Positions 47,237 through 56,421 are shown, counted from the first letter of the stretch. The stretch: DNA of 64,000 nucleotides from Akkermansiaceae bacterium (GCA_051251915.1 JBPOGF010000001.1:367451-431450); one strand, 5' to 3'. Notes: generated from the letters alone by a model not told the origin. Translations and numbers: made by a program.

Positions 47237-48748
47237 TTATTGGTTTATATGTTTAGTTAGAAGTTGGAAATACTCTTGCAGTTGGTTTGAGTAAAAGCCA
47301 GCCATAAATGGTTCCGGCTTAGTTTCTGGATTTTTGTCATCGCGAATTAGTTTTTTCAAGATAGCTGAAATTGGTTGATGTTCGGAAATAAGGTAGGGGG
47401 TCATTGTTCCTATCAGTTCATTATTCTTTTCAGGTTTGTAATACGTAGGCAATTGAAAAATGTTGGAGCAGAGTAATCTAAGTGATGCCAGGGCTGAGCC
47501 TTCGCCTGTGATTGTGAGTTCTGTGGAGTTCTCATCTGCCCATTGGCAAAATAGTTGCAGGTGGAGGATCTGGCCTGTGGTCATGGAGAGCAAGGTAGCC
47601 TCAGATTGATCTGCTGCAGGAATGGCGTCTGATTCTTTGGTTAGAAATGGTAGTGTGGGTAAGCTTCCCGATGTAGGCAGTGCATCTAGCTGGCTTTCAA
47701 TTCTATTTAGATTGAGGTTTAGGTTCTCGATGGTTTGCTTAAATGTAGTTAGGCCATTATTTAGTGTGAATTTGGTTAGGAATCCACCCATCGGGTGGAT
47801 GCTGACGGTGGCGTGGTTTGGGATGTGTTCCGGTAGGTTTTTGATATAGTTGGTATAATCGTATCTATCTCCAAGGTTGAGCAGGGATGAGCTAGGCTCA
47901 AAAACTCCATGTCCTAGCGCGGTGGCTGCATCTTTGCTTAACCATGGGAAACACTCTACTTCATCTGAGAAACCATACTTGTATGTAAAGTAGTCTGCGA
48001 TTTTGCCTGATGGCTTATTGCATTTAGTCAGGATTGGTAGCTTTTCTTTGAGGTTAGGGGCTGTGCAGTCTAATAGGTCGTGATGCCAATCAGCTAGCTT
48101 GATATCATAGAGTCCCAACTGCGCTGTATCAGATAGCTCTAGGGGAGCAGATCTGCCGATGAGGATAGACTGGATAAATGAACTAGTAACATGGATAGCT
48201 TTGGTTTGTTCCCATGCTTCTTTTGATGAGGAATAGAACTTGTGAATCTGGGCGGCTCCCTTGGATGAGTCTAGACTAGAGCCTATGATCTGAGCTATCT
48301 GGGTGGTTCTTGGGAGCTTACTTCTGATGGATTCCGCATTCTTAGTAGCAGAAGAGTCTATGCTTATTGGGCTGATTCTAGTTACATAGCTGGATCTAAG
48401 CTGATCAATGAGGGGGACGTTAGGATTCAGGCTTGAAACTGATTCTTGCCATTTCTCGTTGAGGAAGATGAGCGAGGGAGCAGCTAGACCTGAAATGGTA
48501 GTGACCGCTGATAGATCTGCTCCCATTTCTAGGAGTCGGTCCAATAATCCATCGAGAGCTTCTACCCATATTTGAGGGTCTACGTGGAATTCACCTGAGT
48601 TGGATCCCTGCAAGTGACCATTTTGTGTATGGCGATATGGAAAGTCCTCATCAAACTTTACTGTGGCTTCTTGAAGAACATCACCTGAGAGATGGTCAAT
48701 TATAGTTGCTGAAAAGCTATGTTGGTAGCAGAGGAAGCCTAGGTACAT
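47237..48748 (-). CDS. FGGY-family (xylulokinase-like) protein, divergent
   Basis: Fold landmarks P.IWVEALD.L, SPISIDSS, AAQI.KF, W..T..IHV.SSF..S.LIG, YF..KYGF; the phosphate-1 Asp motif is absent. Confidence 0.75.
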   Translation of the reverse strand: MYLGFLCYQHSFSATIIDHLSGDVLQEATVKFDEDFPYRHTQNGHLQGSNSGEFHVDPQIWVEALDGLLDRLLEMGADLSAVTTISGLAAPSLIFLNEKWQESVSSLNPNVPLIDQLRSSYVTRISPISIDSSATKNAESIRSKLPRTTQIAQIIGSSLDSSKGAAQIHKFYSSSKEAWEQTKAIHVTSSFIQSILIGRSAPLELSDTAQLGLYDIKLADWHHDLLDCTAPNLKEKLPILTKCNKPSGKIADYFTYKYGFSDEVECFPWLSKDAATALGHGVFEPSSSLLNLGDRYDYTNYIKNLPEHIPNHATVSIHPMGGFLTKFTLNNGLTTFKQTIENLNLNLNRIESQLDALPTSGSLPTLPFLTKESDAIPAADQSEATLLSMTTGQILHLQLFCQWADENSTELTITGEGSALASLRLLCSNIFQLPTYYKPEKNNELIGTMTPYLISEHQPISAILKKLIRDDKNPETKPEPFMAGFYSNQLQEYFQLLTKHINQ

Positions 48749-49045
48749 TTATTACTTAGATTGATGGTTGCGGGGGTAGTGGTGAGCATGAAATATAGGT
48801 GGTATAAAATAATATTTATAGAGAATCGTGTCAACGCATGAAGTTGCCATTTTATCTTTAAAAGTGAGCTAAATGAAATTGAATGACTTTGAAAATGGCT
48901 GTAATTGCAGGTAAAACCAATGATTATTAATAAGTGATTGTTATAAATAGGATAAAGTTGTGACACCCTAATACTTTTTTCTTTCTATCGTGCGAGAACT
49001 GTGAAGAATCACCATCCAACCTTATAACACACATATAAAAATACT

Positions 49046-50527
49046 ATGGAGAATAGAAAATCATTATTAACTGCAGGGTTTCTTGCACTGGTCGCCGCTG
49101 GCGTAGGCTTTGGTGTCCGTGCTGGACTTCTCAGCGAATGGTCAACGCTGTATGGATTCACATCCACAGAATTAGGAGCAATTACTGGAGCTGGTCTTGC
49201 TGGTTTCGGTTTATTTATTTTTATAACCAGCTTAGTCATTGATGTCGTTGGCTACAAAAAATTGATGTTAATGTCGCTCCTATGCCACATTACATCAGGA
49301 GTCATGCTTTTCTTCACTACAGCTGCATTTAATGCTGGTGGTAAGGAGGCTGCCTTTACGCTACTTTACTGGTCGATGTTTATTTTCGCCGTGGGTAATG
49401 GTATCTGTGAGGGGGTAATTAACCCACTTACATCCACACTTTTCCCTGAGAAGAAAACACACTATCTCAATTTACTCCATGCGGGTTGGCCTGCCGGTCT
49501 TGTTATCGGTGGATTGATTTCTTTCGGAGCTGGTATGGTTCGCTGGGAGTTCCTCCAAGCGGCATTCCTTATCCCTGCTGCGATCTACGGATTTATCACT
49601 GTTAAGAATAAGTTTCCTAAGACTGCTGCACAAGAGGGAGCGACTTCATACGGAGCTATGCTTAAGTCCCTCATCGGGCCATTCTTCGTAATCCTACTCA
49701 TCACACACATTTGTGTAGGTTATGTAGAGCTTGGAACCGATAGCTGGATCAACAAAATCACCAGTGCTATTCTTGCTAGTGCCGCTCTCGGAACAGCTCT
49801 ATTCATCTATACTTCACTATTGATGACTGCGCTACGTTTCTTCGCAGGTCCTATCGTTCACCGTATTTCATCACTCGGACTTTTGTTCGTTAGTGCGCTT
49901 CTCGGTGCTACTGGTCTTTACTTGATCAGTATTGGAAATAGTGTTCCGTTCATGTTCTTTGCGGCGACAGTTTATGCGCTTGGTAAGACATTCCTCTGGC
50001 CAACAATGCTTGGTGTAGTAGGTGAGCGTTTCCCTAAGAGTGCTACTATTGGAATGGGTCTTCTTGGCACATTTGGTATGCTCTCAGCTGGTTACCTCGG
50101 TGGACCAGGAATTGGTTACAAAGTAGATTATTACTCTACTCAAGAGATCACCCAAAAAGCTCCTGAATCTTACGAGCGCGTTAAGGCTCCAGATGCGAGT
50201 AAGTTCCTCGTATTCCCTGAGGTAGTTGCCATTGATGGTGCTAAGGCTGGGATGTTAGCTGACAATGCTGAGCGTGTTCTTAATGACGTAGAGCTTGCAG
50301 GTGATGCCATTGATACAGATAAGTATGAGGCTCTTCGTGGACAGCGTGATTGGTGGGAAGCAAACAAGGAGTTTGCTGAAACTGATGCTGCTCCAGTTCT
50401 CGAAGCTGGTCTATACGGTAGCCGCATGGCGATCAGACTTACTGCTCTGATTCCTCTCACTATGGCTGGTCTTTACTTGCTCCTCATGGCGCTTGGTAAG
50501 ACTCGTCCTATCCAGAACGAGGAATAA
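49046..50527 (+). CDS. MFS transporter (sugar, FucP-like)
   Basis: About 12 TM; GNGICEGVINPL, LHAGWP.G, ELGTDSWI, WPTMLGVVGERFP. Confidence 0.92.
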   Translation: MENRKSLLTAGFLALVAAGVGFGVRAGLLSEWSTLYGFTSTELGAITGAGLAGFGLFIFITSLVIDVVGYKKLMLMSLLCHITSGVMLFFTTAAFNAGGKEAAFTLLYWSMFIFAVGNGICEGVINPLTSTLFPEKKTHYLNLLHAGWPAGLVIGGLISFGAGMVRWEFLQAAFLIPAAIYGFITVKNKFPKTAAQEGATSYGAMLKSLIGPFFVILLITHICVGYVELGTDSWINKITSAILASAALGTALFIYTSLLMTALRFFAGPIVHRISSLGLLFVSALLGATGLYLISIGNSVPFMFFAATVYALGKTFLWPTMLGVVGERFPKSATIGMGLLGTFGMLSAGYLGGPGIGYKVDYYSTQEITQKAPESYERVKAPDASKFLVFPEVVAIDGAKAGMLADNAERVLNDVELAGDAIDTDKYEALRGQRDWWEANKEFAETDAAPVLEAGLYGSRMAIRLTALIPLTMAGLYLLLMALGKTRPIQNEE

Positions 50528-50545
50528 TCTAATCGATTTAAAAAG

Positions 50546-50592
50546 CCCAAGTTGACCTAAACTAACCCAGTTAACCCAAACTAACCCAAATT
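50546..50592. repeat. 9-10-nt tandem repeat (aacccaaact-like x5) in the MFS 3' UTR
   Basis: gcccaagtt gacctaaact aacccagtt aacccaaact aacccaaatt. Confidence 0.7.
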
Positions 50593-50594
50593 GA

Positions 50595-50626
50595 TGGCCG
50601 CATGTTAATTCATGCGGTCATTTTTA
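50595..50626 (+). terminator. Intrinsic terminator after the MFS gene
   Basis: tggccgcatg-ttaatt-catgcggtca followed by ttttt. Confidence 0.85.
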
Positions 50627-50638
50627 TTGGTAGAGGTA

Positions 50639-50842
50639 ATACCACACTGCAAAACAAAAGAGACGATAGTGATTTTGAAGGATTAAGATTTTAGCGCTAC
50701 GCGACCTTTTGAAGAGCCTGGGTGTAGCTCTATAAAACCTTCGTTATTCTTCAGTCATGATGCTCGCATCACTCCTTCATCACGCCTTGATTTGATAGAG
50801 ATCCACTCTGGCTATCGTCTCGTTTGTTTCACAGAATGGTAT
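50639..50842. mobile_element. Putative 204-bp MITE-like element with 31-bp terminal inverted repeats
   Basis: Left ataccacactgcaaaacaaaagagacgatag vs reverse complement of right ataccattctgtgaaacaaacgagacgatag: 26/31 identical; no ORF inside. Confidence 0.7.
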
Positions 50843-50896
50843 AAGCTTTTCAGCGAGTTGTGTCTTTAGGATTTGGGTGGTCATTTTCCTTGATGA

Positions 50897-51709
50897 ATGG
50901 GGGAGAATCGCGACTATGGTGGTATGGTATCAATGGAGGATCAGGTAGGGGATGGGGGGAGCGATAAAGAGTATGGTTTTCTAGATTCGCTGAGGAATGG
51001 ACAGCTCTCACTAGAGATGTTTGAGCTCCTGCCAGATGTGTATTTATGGGTGAAGAATAGGGATGGTGAGTTTGAATATGCGACGGGGGCTTTCTTGAAG
51101 TTGCATGGATTTGATAGTAATGATGAGATTCTAGGTCTCACGGATCTAGATCTCTATACATCAGCTATTGCTAGTCAGTTTAGGGTGGATGATTTGGAGG
51201 TGATGCAGGCTGGGGTAGAGCTTAAAAAGAAGGCTGTAATTGTGCCAAATAAAAGGGGAGGCGTGGACTGGAGGGAGGAGTCTAAAATCCCGCTTTATGG
51301 TGTGAATAATTACGTTGTGGGTATGGCGTGTATTTCTCGATTAATAGGGTTTCCAGAGGGGGTGCCAGGGCCTAGTCAATTACAGAACATTTCGGCAATT
51401 GTGGGTTACGTTTATAAGTGTGTTCGACAAGATATAAAGGTGGTGGATTTGGCTGCTTATGCGGATGTTTCACTTAGCACGCTAGAGCGTATGTTTAAGG
51501 AATATATGGGAACTACGCCTAAGAAGTTTATCCTTCAGGCTAAGATGTTGGTTGTTTGCGAGCATTTGATCAAAGGTAATGAGAGTATTAGGTCAGTGGG
51601 GGAGATCATTGGTTATGATGATCACGCGAATTTTACTAGGGCCTTTCGCAAGCTGATGGGAATGAGTCCTTCGCAATATAGAAAAGCCCACGCGCCGAGC
51701 ATTGATTAG
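50897..51709 (+). CDS. AraC family regulator with N-terminal PAS domain
   Basis: LPDVYLWVKNRDG.F, G.TD.DL, DD.EVM (PAS); LA....VS.STLER.FK, GYDDHANFTRAFRK.MGMSP (AraC). Start may be 50924 or 50933. Confidence 0.92.
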   Translation: MGENRDYGGMVSMEDQVGDGGSDKEYGFLDSLRNGQLSLEMFELLPDVYLWVKNRDGEFEYATGAFLKLHGFDSNDEILGLTDLDLYTSAIASQFRVDDLEVMQAGVELKKKAVIVPNKRGGVDWREESKIPLYGVNNYVVGMACISRLIGFPEGVPGPSQLQNISAIVGYVYKCVRQDIKVVDLAAYADVSLSTLERMFKEYMGTTPKKFILQAKMLVVCEHLIKGNESIRSVGEIIGYDDHANFTRAFRKLMGMSPSQYRKAHAPSID

Positions 51710-51728
51710 ATTGAGATAAATTGAGACT

Positions 51729-54356
51729 ATGATTCTACCTATTCACGAAGTTAAAGATCAGCTGTTAGAAAATGTTGGTGGGGCACCTGATCCTAAGAAA
51801 CCTTGGCGGGTTTTGGTGAAGGCTCCTACTGGGTCTGGAAAGTCTACAGGGCTACCAAGTATGTTGTTAGATGCTGGGGTGGAGGGGAAGATAGTGGTGG
51901 TGCAACCTAGGAGAATAGCGGCTAGGATGTTGGCGCGGCGGGTGGCTGAGCTGCGGGGTGGAAGGTTAGGTGGTGAGGTGGGGTATGTGGTGAGGTTTGA
52001 TAATAAGACTTCGGTGGATTCGCGGATTGTTTATGTTACGGATGGTATTTTGCAGCGGTGGCTGGAGGAGAATCCTTTGTTAGAGGGGATTGGAGCGGTT
52101 ATTTTTGATGAGTTTCATGAGCGGCGGTTGGCGATGGATATTGCGCTGGCGGATTGTTTGAATCTGCAGGAGAGTCTTGACTTAGGGCGGCCTGATTTGA
52201 AGGTTTGTGTGATGTCGGCTACTCTTGAGGTGGCTGGGCTTGAGGAGTATTTAGAGCCTTGTCGGTTGATCGAAGCTGGGGGGAGGTCGTATCCGGTGGA
52301 GATTACTTATCAGCATGCGTTGGCGAAGTCTAAGACGAGTAATCGGTATGGGAATGGTGAGGAGCCGGTGTGGGAGAAGTGTGTGCGGGCTGTGATGGAG
52401 GCGGTGACTTATGATGACTGTGGTAATATTTTGATTTTTCTACCTGGCGTGTATGAGATTCAGAAGACGATTACGTTATTAGAGCAGAAAAAACTTACCT
52501 CTAGGTCAGGCTCTGGGGGTGGGAAGTGGGAGATTTGTGCTCTTTATGGGACGTTGAAGCCTGAAGAGCAGGATAGGGCGGTGAGGGATGGTGGGGGTCC
52601 GAGGATAATTGTTTCTACGAATGTGGCGGAGACTTCGCTTACTATCCCAGGGGTGTGTATGGTGATAGATGCGGGGTTGGCTAGGATTTCTGAGTTTGAT
52701 GCTGTGAGGGGGATGGATACCTTATTTGTACATAAGATTTCACGTGCGGCTGCGGATCAGCGGGCTGGGCGAGCGGGGAGGGTGGCGCCTGGGAGGTGTA
52801 TTAGGTTATGGAGTCAGGCGGATCATGGGCGGAGGGCTGAGTTTGAGCTGCCGGAAGTGAGGCGGGTGGATATGACTGAGACGGCGTTGAAGTTGAAGGC
52901 GCGGGGGATTAGTGATCTTAGTAGTTTTCGTTGGTTGGAGGCTCCGTCGGAGCTGGGGCTGCAACATGCGCTGGAGTTGTTAGGTGATCTGGGGGCTACG
53001 GGTGATGGGGATGGGCAGAAGATTACTGCTCTTGGTAAGAGTATGGCTGCTATGCCGTTGCATCCTAGGGAGGCTAGATTTCTTATGGCGGCGAATGGGG
53101 AGAAATGTTTGGCAGAGGCTATTTTCACTATTGCTCTTATGCAAACTGACTCAGGAGGTGGAGGGATCTTTATGAAGGGGCAGCAGTCTGGGAGGTCTCA
53201 GTTTGTTTATGATGATGATACTACGGATTTTGCGGCGGATCATAGGGCTTATGTGTCCGCGGTGGCGATGCAGTTTACTCCGCAGCGCTGTAGTGGGATA
53301 GGGGTAATGGCACGGGTTGCGCGTGAAGTGCAGCAGGCTGTGCAGCAGTTAGAAAAGCTTACCACTAGGTTGGGGTGGGATGGGAAAATGAGGGAGGCAG
53401 ATTTTACTATTCATGGGGAGTCATTTAGTAGGGCTATGTTGGTGGCTTATGGTGATAGGGTGGCAGTGAGGACTGGGGCGGGGAATTTGAGCTGTAGGAT
53501 TACGGGAGGGAGGTCTGGTAAGATTTCTGCTGAGAGTGCGGTTAAGGATGCGGAGTTATTTATTGTTACTTCTATGACTGAGGTGGGGGCTAGGGATATA
53601 ACGGTGCATCTTGGTGGTTGTACTGAGGTTTTGTTAGAGACTGTTAGGGAGCTTAGGGGTAAGTTTTTGGTGGAGGGGAGTCATGCTGTTTATGATGAGA
53701 AGATAAGGAGGGTGGTGAATAGGGAGGAGACTAGGTATCAGGATTTGGTGATTACTACGAAGGATAGGGGGGGGATGACTGAGGATGTGGATATGGATAG
53801 GGCGGCAGCGTTGCTTGCTGAGCGGGTGGCTAGTGGGGAGCTGAAGCTTAAGAAGTGGGATGGTGGGGTGGAGCAGTGGATAGCTAGGTTGCTTAGTTTG
53901 CGGGAGTGGATGCCGGAGTTGGAGTTGCCAGGATTTGATGAGGAGGATAGGGCGATAGCGCTGGAGACGATTTGTCAGGGTGCGCTGGGGTATAAGCAGA
54001 TTAAGGATAAGGAGGTGATGCCGGCGTTGCAGAGCTGGTTATCGGCTGGGCAGCATGCGGCGCTGGATGCGTATGCGCCTAGTAGAATGAAGCTTAGTAA
54101 TGGGCAGAATGTGAAGGTTAAGTATGAGGTGGGGAAACCGCCGTTTATAGCTCTTACAGTGCAGAGGTTGTATGGGGTGAAGGTTTCGCCGACGGTTGCT
54201 AATGGGGCGGTTGTGGTGCAGACGCATATTTGTGCGCCGAATCAGCGGCCTTGGCAGATGACTCAAGATTTGGAGGGGTTTTGGAAGAATGGGTTTGAGC
54301 AGATGAAGAAGGATTTGGCTGGGAGGTATCCGAAGCAGAATTGGGGGGGAGGTTAG
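51729..54356 (+). CDS. hrpB: ATP-dependent RNA helicase HrpB
   Basis: APTGSGKST, QPRRIAAR, DEFHER, MSAT, TNVAETSLTI, QRAGRAGR; C-terminal Q.TQDL.GFW...KDL.GRYPK. Confidence 0.95.
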   Translation: MILPIHEVKDQLLENVGGAPDPKKPWRVLVKAPTGSGKSTGLPSMLLDAGVEGKIVVVQPRRIAARMLARRVAELRGGRLGGEVGYVVRFDNKTSVDSRIVYVTDGILQRWLEENPLLEGIGAVIFDEFHERRLAMDIALADCLNLQESLDLGRPDLKVCVMSATLEVAGLEEYLEPCRLIEAGGRSYPVEITYQHALAKSKTSNRYGNGEEPVWEKCVRAVMEAVTYDDCGNILIFLPGVYEIQKTITLLEQKKLTSRSGSGGGKWEICALYGTLKPEEQDRAVRDGGGPRIIVSTNVAETSLTIPGVCMVIDAGLARISEFDAVRGMDTLFVHKISRAAADQRAGRAGRVAPGRCIRLWSQADHGRRAEFELPEVRRVDMTETALKLKARGISDLSSFRWLEAPSELGLQHALELLGDLGATGDGDGQKITALGKSMAAMPLHPREARFLMAANGEKCLAEAIFTIALMQTDSGGGGIFMKGQQSGRSQFVYDDDTTDFAADHRAYVSAVAMQFTPQRCSGIGVMARVAREVQQAVQQLEKLTTRLGWDGKMREADFTIHGESFSRAMLVAYGDRVAVRTGAGNLSCRITGGRSGKISAESAVKDAELFIVTSMTEVGARDITVHLGGCTEVLLETVRELRGKFLVEGSHAVYDEKIRRVVNREETRYQDLVITTKDRGGMTEDVDMDRAAALLAERVASGELKLKKWDGGVEQWIARLLSLREWMPELELPGFDEEDRAIALETICQGALGYKQIKDKEVMPALQSWLSAGQHAALDAYAPSRMKLSNGQNVKVKYEVGKPPFIALTVQRLYGVKVSPTVANGAVVVQTHICAPNQRPWQMTQDLEGFWKNGFEQMKKDLAGRYPKQNWGGG

Positions 54357-54358
54357 TG

Positions 54359-54720
54359 GTGAATTTTGAATGGTGAGATTTGAATTTTGAAATCTTGGGT
54401 TGATGGGGGCTTGGGTTGATGGGGGTGGACGATGGAACTTTTTTGACCACGGAAGGCACTGAAATTACGGAACAGGGATGTTGGGTAGGGAACTTGGGTT
54501 GATGTGCTTGGGGTGACGGAACTTTTTACCACGAATCTGCACGAATTTTCACGAATGTTGTGCACGATGGAACTTTTTTGACCACGGAAGGCACTGAATT
54601 ACACTGAACTTGGTTGATGGGTATGGAACTTGGGTTGATGTGCTTATGTTGATGGTGGTGGACGATGGGGATATTTTGAAACGCGGAAGTCGCTGAATTA
54701 CGTGGAACTTGGTTGATGGT
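54359..54720. repeat. Composite intergenic repeat array (heptamer run plus accacgga/accacgaa-type units, about 135-bp tandem duplication)
   Basis: 35-bp exact repeat at 54429-54463 and 54564-54598; 21-bp exact repeat at 54489-54509 and 54625-54645; many ttgggttgatg motifs. Confidence 0.85.
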
Positions 54721-54795
54721 GGAGGCGCTTGGATTGATGAGTGATTGGGGGGATTTGTTCTTTATGCTTTTGGGGTTTTCCTTTTTACTGGGGTT

Positions 54796-55089
54796 ATGAG
54801 TTCGCAGAAGAAAACCTTACCTTTACTTGCTGGTGCCGCTATAGGGCTTCTGATTGGCTATCTTTTTATGAGTCTTAAACATAGCAATGAGAAGTTAGAA
54901 AAGGCAGAGCGTGAAGCGGCCGAGTCTAAGGTTGTGGTTAGAGATGTGGATGCTGGGGAGTCTATGGAAGAGAAGCATTGGATTGAGGAGCGCATCGAGA
55001 AGGAGGCGGAGGCTACGGAAGAGCGTATTAGGGAGCAGGAGGCTCAGGGGGACGCGTTGAAGAATGAGTTTGAGAAGTTTGCGGAGTGA
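54796..55089 (+). CDS. Small single-TM coiled-coil hypothetical protein
   Basis: ATG 54796 MSSQKKTLPLLAGAAIGLLIGYLFM, then an E-rich helix. Confidence 0.7.
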   Translation: MSSQKKTLPLLAGAAIGLLIGYLFMSLKHSNEKLEKAEREAAESKVVVRDVDAGESMEEKHWIEERIEKEAEATEERIREQEAQGDALKNEFEKFAE

Positions 55090-55121
55090 TATAAGTGGGT
55101 TGTTTTAAATAAGTATTTTAG

Positions 55122-56222
55122 ATGAAGATGAATGAGACTAATGATATTTTGGGTAATGAGTTTACGGGTGAGAATGATCATCGGGAAGCGTTAGCGGTGG
55201 CTCTGGGTGGGCTTAAGATTTCTCAGAATGAGGAGGCTTGTTTGTGCGCTATGGGTAAAATGATGGGTGATGTTACGGTGCCTGAGCCGGCGGTTGTTGT
55301 TAATAAGGGTGATGATGATGATTCTGTGCTTGTTCCTGATGCGGCGGTGCTGAATGAGATGAGGATGTTAGATGTTGGGCATTGTTTGTTTAGGACTGAG
55401 AAGCTTGGGGTTTATTTGTTTAAGGGGAGAGAGGCGCCGGCTATGTTGCGGTTGATTGGGGTGGCTAGGGCGGTGACGTTTGCGGCTATTGGGGCGGGGT
55501 CAGGGAAGGCGGTGGATATTTCTGAGGAGGATGAGTATTATGATCATTTGTTGCTTTGGGATAAGGTTGAGGGGAGATTGGTGGGGGCTTATCGGATAGG
55601 GTTTACGCAGGATATTTTAGAGACACATGGGGTGGAGGGGATGTATTTGAATGGTGTGTTTGAGATGCAACCGGAGTTTTATGAGAAGATGGTGGGGTTG
55701 AATGGTGGGCAGGGGGCTATGGAGTTGAGTAGGTCATTTGTGTTGCCGAGTTATCAGAAGAATCCGCAGATGTTAGATGCGCTGTGGAAGGGGATTGGGT
55801 TGGCGGCGATTGCGAAGGATTGTTTTGTGTTGTATGGATCGGTTACGATTTCTGATTCGTTTACTCCGTTGAGTCAGGCTGTAATGGTGGATACGCTGGA
55901 TCGGTATTATGGTGCAGATGCTGAGTTGAGGGGGAGTGTTAGGGCTAAGGTTCCGTTTGTTGCTAGGACTGAGCATCATGGGGAGGTGGCGGATGCTTGG
56001 GCAGGGATGGGGGTGAATAGGTTGGACGGGGTAATTCTAGGTTTGGAGGGGGATCAGCGTTCTATTCCTCCGTTGATTCGCTATTATGTGAGTCTTGGGG
56101 CTAAGTTTTTGTCGTTTCAGGTGGAGGAGAGTTTTAATGATGCGATTTATTGTTTGTTGAGGGTGGATTTGAAGGCGTTGCCGGGGAGGTATAGGAGGAG
56201 GTTTTTGAATGGTGATGATTAA
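55122..56222 (+). CDS. GNAT-family N-acyltransferase (OlsB/Acetyltransf_5-like)
   Basis: IG..R..TF...G.GSG...D....D.YY.HLLLWD, LVGAYRIG, ELSRSFV...YQK, LWKGIG, IPPLIR.Y..LGAK. Confidence 0.85.
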   Translation: MKMNETNDILGNEFTGENDHREALAVALGGLKISQNEEACLCAMGKMMGDVTVPEPAVVVNKGDDDDSVLVPDAAVLNEMRMLDVGHCLFRTEKLGVYLFKGREAPAMLRLIGVARAVTFAAIGAGSGKAVDISEEDEYYDHLLLWDKVEGRLVGAYRIGFTQDILETHGVEGMYLNGVFEMQPEFYEKMVGLNGGQGAMELSRSFVLPSYQKNPQMLDALWKGIGLAAIAKDCFVLYGSVTISDSFTPLSQAVMVDTLDRYYGADAELRGSVRAKVPFVARTEHHGEVADAWAGMGVNRLDGVILGLEGDQRSIPPLIRYYVSLGAKFLSFQVEESFNDAIYCLLRVDLKALPGRYRRRFLNGDD

Positions 56223-56421
56223 TGGGTTGATGGTGGAAGTTTTCTTGGTAATGTTGAAGAGGGGTGAAGTTGGATTTATGATTTATTTATTTTGTTTTTT
56301 ACGGAATATAGAGGAGGGTGATTACTCATAGGGTTAATGAGCATCGTTGTGATGAAGGGGGAGCCGGTTGGGTTCTTCTGCTCAATGAACCGATAATTAA
56401 TTAGAAAATAAAAATAAGAAA

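Noticed and set aside
54395..54720. CRISPR array
   Set aside because: Only two exact copies of each repeat, the intervening sequences are themselves repetitive, spacing is irregular, and there are no cas genes in the window.
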